Assembly (NCBI GenBank): GCA_016191585.1
Contig: JACPVU010000008.1
Location: forward strand, 1 to 33,829
Reading direction: 5' to 3'
Length of the DNA: 33,829 bases
DNA from: an archaeon
Lineage (GTDB): Archaea > Aenigmatarchaeota > Aenigmatarchaeia > GW2011-AR5
Shown here: positions 15,751-25,500 of the stretch, piece by piece
How the letters are laid out: each line of letters begins with the position of its first letter
Position numbering within the stretch: position 1 is the first letter of the stretch
Made by a program: the position numbers and the translations under genes
The notes under the pieces: model-generated
What the model was told of the DNA's origin: nothing
Database searches by the model: none
The model's input: the letters and a program-made list of their open reading frames with translations, nothing else

Positions 15751-16286
15751 TATATTAAAGACAGTGCGATGAGTATGGATATCACGCTGACTATGTCACC
15801 TGTTGTAGTCGTATACGGGCCCATTATGTTATTCGGATCGTGACCGTGGCGGAAGAGCCAGAAGGTCGCAAATATCGTCAACGGTATTTCTATTACGTTG
15901 GAAATTATACCAGCAAGCAACGATACAAATATTATGTTCTGGTTCGTGATGCCAAAGAATTCCATCGACGCATAGTAAGCTACAAAACCGAGGAACAGGC
16001 TCATGAAGACAATGAGGACGAATGACGCGATCACGTTTCCCTTGACTATTTTCTTCCTGTTGTATTCCTGCTTGAATATGCCCAAATGCAAACCAGCGCT
16101 CAATCTTGCAGATAAAGAGCCGGACAGGTTGCCGCGTGTTTCAAGAAAGCCCGGCAAAAGGATGAGAAGTGCCGGTATCATCTCAATTCTATTCGTCGCA
16201 AACGTGAGTATGACACCTGTGATGAGGCCGCCTGTTATCGATACCAGCTCACTGCCCATGATTTCGCGAAAATCTTTTCCTATCAT
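15750..16286 (-). CDS. MgtE/SLC41-type divalent cation transporter membrane domain
   Basis: PGFLETRGNLSG (P-X6-GN) and DPNNIMGPYTTTTGD motifs, about 5 TM helices. Confidence 0.87.
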   Translation of the reverse strand: MIGKDFREIMGSELVSITGGLITGVILTFATNRIEMIPALLILLPGFLETRGNLSGSLSARLSAGLHLGIFKQEYNRKKIVKGNVIASFVLIVFMSLFLGFVAYYASMEFFGITNQNIIFVSLLAGIISNVIEIPLTIFATFWLFRHGHDPNNIMGPYTTTTGDIVSVISILIALSLI

Positions 16287-16449
16287 CGCTAATTATTTGC
16301 ATTAGGTAGTAGAAAAGCATTACGGAGAAATTACGCAGGGTTGTTTGCAGCAAAATCAGGTGAATTTCTAAAAAATTTCTCTGATGAAAAATCCCACAAA
16401 GTTTATATATGAGATATCTGCATTATAATAAACATTAGCGCGTGGTTTC

Positions 16450-19400
16450 ATGGGAAAAGAAGTATTGTTAATTGTATTTCTGTTATTTCTCTTGGCGGGT
16501 TCTGTAGCCTTTGCGAGCTATATCGATGTATCTGCGATGGCTTACTCCAACTACAGCTCAAACGTTACTGTCAAGGGCTACATAAAATTTGATAATTCTT
16601 CAGGAATCCAGAACACAAATGTCAGCGGGGTTCTTGGCAGCTCGAACTTCACGGTCATAACAAATTCGCTCGGCTATTTTGAGTTCAACCTGTCTGCCCC
16701 GAATTCCACGGGACAATTTAACGTTTCCCTGTCAACAAACAATTCCCTCACCAAGGATACGAACATATATGTATCGAATATATCTGCTGTTCTTTTTAAT
16801 TTCACCGACAAAAAACCGCCTTTCACTAACGGCACGCCTTTCATCGTGAATGTGTCATTCACGGGAAATACTCCTGTTGTGCCACTGCTCGATATATTCA
16901 ATCCAAACAGCGGCAACTCAACGGGCTGGGTCATAGCAAACCTTTCGGCAAAAGTCAATGTCAGCTCGGTTATATACAATATTACAGTGCCTGCAAATGC
17001 GGACGGCATATATATCATAATTTTTGAAAAAGGCGCCGGCTCCACGTCGTTCCTGGTCAAATCGTCCATCATAGTAGTTGCAGGCGTCCAGGACTCGACC
17101 AATTCATCAACAACGAACTTCGGGCAGGGCGAGAATATCACGGTTGTCGGGAAAATAAGGGACGACACAGGTCCTATAATAACGGCAAACGTAACAGCAT
17201 ACATCACACTGCCGAATAGCACTGTTGTCAACGTGACGCTGACGCATTCGACAGTCACAAACGGCACGTATACTGGTGTGTTTGTTAATCCAGGCATTGC
17301 AGGCGAATATGATATAGAAATCGTTGCAAACACATCAACAAAGATCATAAAATCATCATCTACGGCTACAGTCCAGCAGTTCGACGGCAAGCTTGAGATA
17401 GTGAAGGATTTCTTCTTTGATTTCGGCTCGTCGTCGTCATTCCGCGCAGGCGGGCCTGTTGAATTCAATATCCTGATTACTAACCTGACAACTGATACAA
17501 TGCTTAATGGCAGCCTAACAGGAAATTCAGTTGACGTCAATTGCACGTCTATCAGCGTACAGCAATACAAGAATTCCATGACAGGCGCTGCAGTATCGTC
17601 GCCATCTTTGACAAAGAGTATTGGCCTGTTCAATGGACAAAATGTATGCAAGATCAGGTTCACAGCGCCTAGTGCTGACGGCATATACGCAATCACGCTG
17701 AACGCAAGCATAGGCGCGACAAATGCAACTGTCAACGCACCAACAGTACTTGCAACAGGATACTTCTCTGTGCAGAGCTATATAATGAAGCCAAGCCCTG
17801 TCTCCTCGATAGGAGGAGGAAAGGAGTTCCTGAGCTTCCTGATGCCGGGCGACAACGCCACATTTGAGATATCAGTGAGAAACCTTTCTGCAAGCAACGG
17901 CGCAGCTGTTGCAGGAAATTATATATCGAACTTCAACGTCACGAAAATAAGCCCGATGTCGTTCACAGGGACAGGCGACTCGTCAATAACTAATATTACT
18001 ATTCTCGAATACACTGCCGGTACAGCAACAGCAAATCCAAGGATCAAGATTGTACTGCCAGAGAACAGGACAGGTCCTAATTCAATAGAGTTCCAGGCAA
18101 CTGTAAATGGCACAACAATCACTGGAACTGCGTTCTATTTCGCGCGCTATGTTGAGGGATTTGTCTTCCCAGGCAGCTTCGGCGGCGGATTTGGTGCTGG
18201 TCCTGGCGGCGGTGAAGGAGGAGCCAGCAGTGGCGGAGGCGGTGGAGGTGGCGGTCCACCAGGCGGTGAGGGAGACTTTGGCGGACCTACGGGCGGGACC
18301 TTCAAGTGCAGCGGCCTGCAGAATTTCACAGCCAGAATATTTGACGTCCGCACGCGCCAGGCAGCAAGGAGCGTTACATTCAACTCCATTCAAGAGGCGA
18401 GGGAGGAAATGACAGGAAGGAGCGTTGCAAATTCGCTGTCGCTTGTTTCATCAACGTCAACGGACAGCAACGGCGTCGGCAACCTGACGATAAATTTCAC
18501 CGGTTCGATGTCAGGATTCCATTTCATGCTTATCAACATCACCACAAGTGACGGCAAATCTGATTCTCTGCCAGGAGGCTTCGAATGCAGGCAGCTGTCG
18601 TTCTTCCCGCAGATACAGGCAATAGGCACAACAACAGGAGGTTACTCTGTGGCACCGTCATCCGGCATAAATGTTACAATAGGCGGCATAAAGAATCTCA
18701 TCACATCAAACACAACAAGATGGGGCACTGTTACCGTGTCAAGGATTGAAAGCTACGATCCTTCAAAAGGGCCTAAGTTCATTCCAGGCCTGGCGTCTTC
18801 GTTCAACCTCAACAACGGCACTGTTGCATTCACGCTATTTCCGACTAACTTCTCAGGGCTTGGCGGCAAATGGTTCAACGGATTCAACCAGATGGTTATA
18901 AGAGTCTGCGACAATTCCACAGCACAGCAGACGTGCGACACAAGCTTCAGCGGGTTCCAGGTCGTTGCCTTTGACGCATTCCAGGACTATTCCGTTGGCA
19001 ACCCTTCACAGACGCTGATAGCAGGAACAAACACAACGTACAACATAATGGCAAGGACAAACGTGACGAATTTTACTGTGCAGATTGGAATGCCGTGGGA
19101 AGGCTCACTGGTGGATGCAAATGTTGTCAGTTATTCATTGAAATCAGACGGCTGGGATAATCCTTCAAATAATTCATACAACAACTTCGAACGCTGGAAC
19201 ATAACGTTTACTGTGCCGTCTGACCTCAGGAAAGGCGGCAACATGATAACTATCAAAGTAACCAATTATCTGAACGAGACGACTGACATAATGACGTTCG
19301 GAACAGCAAGCAAGCTGTCGATATCAGTGCCTGACACAGAAGGCGCTTTCATGGCAGGCTTCTTTATAGCTGCTAACGTGACAAATCCGACAGACATCCA

Positions 19401-20946
19401 GGCGTTCCTTTCTACGTATTCGTTGAACCTTACAACACTTAATTCCACATACAATGTAAATTCCAAGTCAGGAAGGGTCTGCGTTGCGAGGACATTCAAC
19501 ACGACAAGGTACGGGATGAACCAGCAGAACGTTATATATTCAGGACTCGCCAATACGACTATACTCATGCTTGACAACTCATCAGCTGGAAACTACGACA
19601 CGTTTATCGTAAGCGTCAGCAGCGGAAGCCAGATAGGCGTCGTGCATTCAGGAAACCGATCCCTTTCATCAGCAGGATTTGGCTACCTGTATTTTGCAAA
19701 GGCCGAAGACTGCGGATACGTGCAAATAGTCAACAGCCAGCTTAACGGAACAGGCTTTGGCTCAGGATTCGGGGGACAGCATGCCGTGAATACGATTGCA
19801 CAGATACCATTTATTGCAAGACAGGGATCTACTGCCAAAACAGGCGTCACTATTGATGTGTTCCAGATTATCAAGCAGGAAGACTTCGGAGGCGGCAGAG
19901 GCGGGTTCGGATTCTCCGGCAGCCTGCCATCAAGCAGCTATACAGTCACGTCAGCAACAACGGATGCGAATGGCATTGCTTTCCTAAGGCTTAATGTGTC
20001 AACAGCTGGATCATACAGCATAATGTGGAACTTCAGCACTGCTGCAGCGGACAATGATGTTGCCGATTTCTCTGAAGGAGTGCCTATAGAAATAAAAGCT
20101 CTCAAAACAGACGGCGGCATACTGACCGGGAACCATCCACTGCCTTTGAGAGTTGCCACATTCACAAGGAGCGACGAAACAAGGAACGCGACAATTGGCA
20201 ACAGCCCGATATACGCAGCAACATGGAACGAATCTTCCCAGGGAGAATTCCTGAACGACGGGAGCACCCGCTTCCTCTATCTGGCTATAAGAAACTCTAC
20301 GCAGTCCTCATATGGAGCTCCGCTATCAGCCATCCCCGGAGGCGCATTCACGGAGCTGGTCATCGACAACGATGGAAATCTCAATACAACAGCAAGTGAC
20401 GGCGGCGATGCGTTCGGTCCGGTATTCGGCAATTTCACAGAGCAGTTCGGCCCAAGCCAGCCAAGCTGGAGAAATATAATGGGCGACAGCCTCGAGATTG
20501 AAGAGAACCAGACAGTTGACGATAACACAACAAAGCTCGTGTTCGCAAATCCTAACATGATGCAATACAAGTTTATATTCAACACAGGCAGCTCAAACAG
20601 GATGGATGCCAACATCACAGTGCGTACCTGTGCCTATACATTCACAAATCCGCAGAAGCCGATAATAGGCGCGACGGTGTCGGGCCTCATAACAAGGAGC
20701 TTCAGCTTCAGCGGGCCGCCGGCAACAGAAAATCTCACGATATACAGCCCATTCAACGGAAGCGCTGTGGCATCACTGCTTACTGGCTACAGCGGATGCG
20801 CTGTGTTCAATGTTTCAAGAGTGAACGGCTGGAAATCAGGCGCACCCAACGAAATAAAGGCGACGATAACATCAGGAAGCTCCTCTGAGCAGGTTATGCT
20901 TGGAAACGTGATGGTCAGCTGCCCGTCATCAGGATCATGTTTTTGA
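16450..20946 (+). CDS. Large secreted multi-beta-domain surface protein, 1498 aa
   Basis: Signal peptide, Ig/MG-like segments (FGQGENITVVGKIRD...V.AYITLP; TTDANGIA), Gly-rich insert, many sequons. Ends SCPSSGSCF; no TM anchor. TTTATATAT at 16402. Confidence 0.88.
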   Translation: MGKEVLLIVFLLFLLAGSVAFASYIDVSAMAYSNYSSNVTVKGYIKFDNSSGIQNTNVSGVLGSSNFTVITNSLGYFEFNLSAPNSTGQFNVSLSTNNSLTKDTNIYVSNISAVLFNFTDKKPPFTNGTPFIVNVSFTGNTPVVPLLDIFNPNSGNSTGWVIANLSAKVNVSSVIYNITVPANADGIYIIIFEKGAGSTSFLVKSSIIVVAGVQDSTNSSTTNFGQGENITVVGKIRDDTGPIITANVTAYITLPNSTVVNVTLTHSTVTNGTYTGVFVNPGIAGEYDIEIVANTSTKIIKSSSTATVQQFDGKLEIVKDFFFDFGSSSSFRAGGPVEFNILITNLTTDTMLNGSLTGNSVDVNCTSISVQQYKNSMTGAAVSSPSLTKSIGLFNGQNVCKIRFTAPSADGIYAITLNASIGATNATVNAPTVLATGYFSVQSYIMKPSPVSSIGGGKEFLSFLMPGDNATFEISVRNLSASNGAAVAGNYISNFNVTKISPMSFTGTGDSSITNITILEYTAGTATANPRIKIVLPENRTGPNSIEFQATVNGTTITGTAFYFARYVEGFVFPGSFGGGFGAGPGGGEGGASSGGGGGGGGPPGGEGDFGGPTGGTFKCSGLQNFTARIFDVRTRQAARSVTFNSIQEAREEMTGRSVANSLSLVSSTSTDSNGVGNLTINFTGSMSGFHFMLINITTSDGKSDSLPGGFECRQLSFFPQIQAIGTTTGGYSVAPSSGINVTIGGIKNLITSNTTRWGTVTVSRIESYDPSKGPKFIPGLASSFNLNNGTVAFTLFPTNFSGLGGKWFNGFNQMVIRVCDNSTAQQTCDTSFSGFQVVAFDAFQDYSVGNPSQTLIAGTNTTYNIMARTNVTNFTVQIGMPWEGSLVDANVVSYSLKSDGWDNPSNNSYNNFERWNITFTVPSDLRKGGNMITIKVTNYLNETTDIMTFGTASKLSISVPDTEGAFMAGFFIAANVTNPTDIQAFLSTYSLNLTTLNSTYNVNSKSGRVCVARTFNTTRYGMNQQNVIYSGLANTTILMLDNSSAGNYDTFIVSVSSGSQIGVVHSGNRSLSSAGFGYLYFAKAEDCGYVQIVNSQLNGTGFGSGFGGQHAVNTIAQIPFIARQGSTAKTGVTIDVFQIIKQEDFGGGRGGFGFSGSLPSSSYTVTSATTDANGIAFLRLNVSTAGSYSIMWNFSTAAADNDVADFSEGVPIEIKALKTDGGILTGNHPLPLRVATFTRSDETRNATIGNSPIYAATWNESSQGEFLNDGSTRFLYLAIRNSTQSSYGAPLSAIPGGAFTELVIDNDGNLNTTASDGGDAFGPVFGNFTEQFGPSQPSWRNIMGDSLEIEENQTVDDNTTKLVFANPNMMQYKFIFNTGSSNRMDANITVRTCAYTFTNPQKPIIGATVSGLITRSFSFSGPPATENLTIYSPFNGSAVASLLTGYSGCAVFNVSRVNGWKSGAPNEIKATITSGSSSEQVMLGNVMVSCPSSGSCF

Positions 20947-20985
20947 CCGGATAATCTTTGCTGAAGAGAACAGAAGGTAAAAAGT

Positions 20986-22482
20986 ATGAAAGGAAAACCA
21001 ATAAGTGCTGCATTGCTAGGACTACTGATGCTTCTGGCCTTTTTCATGCTGTCATCACTCGGCGCTGCCGAAACGCAATGTCTTACAGAAGTGTCAACGA
21101 GCACGTCAACGTCGCGCGCGACGACAGGAACAAGCGTCACAGTGACAGTGGCGACAACCGGCTCGTCCTGCACGATCAGCACGCTTTCATGTGTGTCGAC
21201 GCCTTCGCTGACAGTCAACGATCCGTCGAGCGGGCAGTACAGCGGCTTCTCTGCAGGCACTTCAAAAGCCTTTGCTGTCACAGCAGGAACAGCAGGCACC
21301 TATACTTATTATTCACGCGGAACAACAACAGCGGGCAGCGTAGACTCGACATCACAGATACTTGAATTCGTCTCGCCGTCTGATTTAACAATCACACCGT
21401 CGCCGTCTTCGGCAACTGTCACAAGCAGCAATTCGTTCAACCTCACGATGAATGTCCAGAATCCGCAGACAAGCGACATTTCCACGTCTTATGCGCTTAA
21501 CCTGCCTTCCGGCTTAACCAGGCAGAGCGGCGATCCTGCAAGTTCATCAGCCACGACAATAAGTGCGTCAAGCACAAAGGCGCTTGTATTTGAGATAAAA
21601 CACAGCACTTGCTTTACTGGCTCGAAAACAATAACTTTTGACCTAGGCGGCTCTTCTGGCGCTGCATCAGTTACTGTCACAGGCAATACGTCCTGCACGT
21701 CTACGACAACGACAACATCATCCTCTTCATCATCAGGCTCAAGCTCAAGCAGTTCGTCAAATACGACCAGCAACGTACTTGCGAACTATAACATAACTGT
21801 TGTGAAAATGGCAGCGGGCACGACCAGTTCAGTAAATATAATGGATGCAAACATAGCCGTAAAGCAGGTCATGGTAGACGTCAATGCCGACACGCAGAAC
21901 GTGAAGGTTTCGGCTTCAAGGCTTGCTGCCAAGCCGTCGTACATAACAAATAATGTGAACGGCAGCGTGTACCAGTACCTTGACTTGACGCTTACTAACC
22001 TGCCTGCAAGCAGCATAAGTTCAGGGAAAATAAGGTTCAACATGACCAAGCAATGGTTCACGTCGTATGGATTCCAGCCTTCTCACGTTTCAGCTTACAG
22101 GTATTATGTCAGCGACTGGCAAAAGCTCAATACAAGCATGATAAGCGAGTCTTCTACGGAATACCAGTTTGAGGCTGCAACGCCCGGATTCTCTGTATTT
22201 GTAATATCAGCATACAAGCCAGCTGTGGCCAATCAGACAATTTCATCAGCAAACCAGACAACGCCGACAGAGAACCAGACAGTTACACAAACATTAAACC
22301 AAACCGGCAACCAGACAGGCAACGGAACTGTTTCAGCAACCGATACCGGCGTGGGAACAGCATTCCCGCAGGACATGCTTTATGTTATTCTTGCAGTACT
22401 GGTGATGATCATTCTTTTTGTTGTCTACCACATTATACTGAAAAATAAGCCGGTCAAATACGAATTCAAGCCGAAGAAATAA
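20986..22482 (+). CDS. Membrane-anchored PGF-pre-PGF domain protein
   Basis: Signal peptide, two Ser/Thr-rich Ig-like domains, poly-Ser linker, 'FEAATPGFSVFVI', NQT-repeat stalk, TM helix and basic tail. Confidence 0.88.
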   Translation: MKGKPISAALLGLLMLLAFFMLSSLGAAETQCLTEVSTSTSTSRATTGTSVTVTVATTGSSCTISTLSCVSTPSLTVNDPSSGQYSGFSAGTSKAFAVTAGTAGTYTYYSRGTTTAGSVDSTSQILEFVSPSDLTITPSPSSATVTSSNSFNLTMNVQNPQTSDISTSYALNLPSGLTRQSGDPASSSATTISASSTKALVFEIKHSTCFTGSKTITFDLGGSSGAASVTVTGNTSCTSTTTTTSSSSSSGSSSSSSSNTTSNVLANYNITVVKMAAGTTSSVNIMDANIAVKQVMVDVNADTQNVKVSASRLAAKPSYITNNVNGSVYQYLDLTLTNLPASSISSGKIRFNMTKQWFTSYGFQPSHVSAYRYYVSDWQKLNTSMISESSTEYQFEAATPGFSVFVISAYKPAVANQTISSANQTTPTENQTVTQTLNQTGNQTGNGTVSATDTGVGTAFPQDMLYVILAVLVMIILFVVYHIILKNKPVKYEFKPKK

Positions 22483-22569
22483 ACGGAATTTTTCTTCTCA
22501 GTTACATAAACATAATAAGAGTCAAATTCTTTTAAAAAGACTGGAAGGAAACGAAAACTTGTGTGTGAC

Positions 22570-25500
22570 ATGAAAAGCTATTGGTACTTAATCGCTGTAT
22601 TTGCAGTGGCGCTATCTTCTTTAAATCAAATAGGGTTTTCTGCAGAGGTTGACCCAGGTTTATTAGTTTCAATAGGCAAAATGCAGCCAGACGATTATAT
22701 ACACGTAATTATAATAGCAAACGATAAACTGTCAGAAAGTCAGCACGAACTCTTAAGAAGTCTGGGCGTAACGATTGAAAGAAATTTTACTTTAGCCACG
22801 TGGTACGAGGCTAGTTCATACGTTAAGGACATCTATAACCTGCAAAATCTAGATTTCGTAACCCAAATAAAATCCATAGAAGATTATGAGCCACTGGCCG
22901 GTGAAACACCTGCAAAAGACAATAATGATACGAGCCTGCTTATTCCTACCGTGATTTTATTGGTCATTTTTGCCGTAGCCGCGCTCTCCATGAAAAGAAA
23001 ACACTATAAAATTCTCGCTCTAGCATTACTTGTTGCTGCACTCTTTTCACAGATTCCCGTATCCCATGCGGAAGAGGGAGGAATACCTCTTGAGCTCAAT
23101 ACGGCATCGACAGGGTTTCAGGAAGCAAAAAACATAGAATTGCCGGAGAAAGCATATCCCAGAATTGCTCAAAACCAGATAAAGGCAAAGGACAATAAAG
23201 TAGATCCGAGGATTCTGGCTTCGGGCGACGACACAGTCAAGGTCTTGGTAGAAACTACTGACGAGTATACAGATTCTGATTTAAGATATGTGCAGAAGAC
23301 CAAGATGCAGGAATTTCAATTAGGAAACTTTCTTTATATGGAAGTACCAAAATCTGAAATTAACAAACTGGAAAAAACAAGTTCTGTCAAAAAAGTACAG
23401 TTTGATGAAGAGTACAAGCCATTGCTGGATATTGCAGTTCCTTTGATAAATACGGGTTCTTTTCTGGCGAATAATTTCAACGGAAGCGGAATAAAAGTAT
23501 GCGTATTGGATACTGGGGTAAATAAGACACACCCGGCATTAATTTCCAGAGTTGTGGCAGAAAAGGATTTCGTGACTACAGATAGCGACGGCGATAACCC
23601 TGCAGATTTTCACGGTCACGGCACACATGTGGCTGGAATTGTCGCCAGCAACGATTCCATATACAGGGGAGTTGCTTTCGGCTCAAGTATTCTTAATGCA
23701 AAAGTCTTCAGCTCAACCAGCGGAAGCGCTACAACAGGCTCAATAATATCGGGTATCGACTGGTGCATCAGCCAGGGCGCAAATATCTTAACGCTGAGCC
23801 TGGGAGGAAAGGATGAGCAAAATGACGGGAGTGACGTGTTGTCACAATACGTAGATTTGGCAGCAGACCAGGGGAAAGTGGTGACTATTGCAGCCGGGAA
23901 CAGCGGTCCGTCTGGAGATACCAGTTGCAGGACAAACAGGGATTCCAGCGGCTCCTCTTATTCTGTTTGCGAGCCTGGCCTGGCACACAAAGCGATCACC
24001 GTGGGCTCGACACAAACCAGCAAGTATACAGGCAATACTAATGACGGGCTTAGTGGATTCAGCAGCAGGGGGCCGGCAAGCGACAACAGAATAAAACCGG
24101 ACGTTACGGCACCCGGCCAGGTAATAACGTCAAGCTGGATTAATGGCGGATATAACAGCATTAGCGGCACAAGTATGGCCACTCCAGTGGTTGCCGGTCT
24201 ATCGGCATTGATTTTACAAGCAAGAAATGTGTCACCAGAGGAGGTCAAAACGCTTCTGATGAACACCGCGGTTGATTTAGGCTCAACTGGTAAAGATAAT
24301 AGCTATGGCGCGGGGAGGGTCAATGCTTCCAGAGTTTTTGATGAAATCAACAATACGGTCAGGGACGCAATAGACACGCCGGCGTATAAGATACATAATA
24401 TCTTTGTTCCTTCCGGGGATAAAGAAATAAGAGCTACATTATACTGGCCAGAAAATTATTCTTTGCATAATGATGTGGATTTGTATTTATTAGACCCAGC
24501 CGGAAACGTAAGGACATATTCAATATCATCTTATAATACCGACGAAATAATAAAACTTCCGAATCCTTCACCAGCCGGAAACTGGAAACTGCTTGTCGAT
24601 CCGTTTAACGTCAGTGGAAACCAGGTTTATTCTTTGGCCAGCAATTTCAAGCCTTCAGGGCAGATGTATCTGGCTGCTACGAACGTATCTAATAAAATTA
24701 TATACCACCAGATTAATGTAACTAATAGCTCTAAAAAATTAATTGTGGACCTTGACTGGAATTTTACAAATGTGAATTTAGATATTTATCTCTATAACAC
24801 ATCGGGACATCTTGTAAATTACTCTAACGCTGTTAACACAAATTATGAAGAAGTTATTATAGATAATCCGTCAACAGGCATATGGCTTGTCAGGCTAGTG
24901 CCGTCTTATCTGGCTGGAAAGGCTGGTGTGGATTATGCGTTAACTTCAACGTTTGCAATTTCAAGCCAGATTACAGATGACATACCGCCAGATGTTACAC
25001 TGATAGAACCTGTAAATAAAACTTACGGCGCACGAAATATTAATTCGACGTTTAGAGCTGCTGATAATCTAAATACATTCGTTGATTGCTACAGAAATCT
25101 TGACAACACCACGGATTTTATCGGCACTATTCAAAATAATTCATTATTTGCATATAATTTTTCCGTTTCCGATGGCGCACATAATATTTCCATAACATGT
25201 GCTGACACCGCGAACAACTTTGGCAACTCGTCTTTAATTTATTTTTCAGTTGATACAATTCCACCAACAATAACATTTGTTTCCCCGTCCGATTCAAACA
25301 ATAGCTTTGTCAACAGAAATCACACATTTATTGGTGTCAACGTTGCCGACTCGAACGATATAGATTCGTGTTTCCTGGAATGGAACAATGTCAACCAGTC
25401 CATGACAAAGATCGGTTCTGGGAATTCTATTACATGTTTCCTGAATAAAACCGATTCAGACGGCACTTATTCTTACAAAATTTATGCAAACGACAGCATA

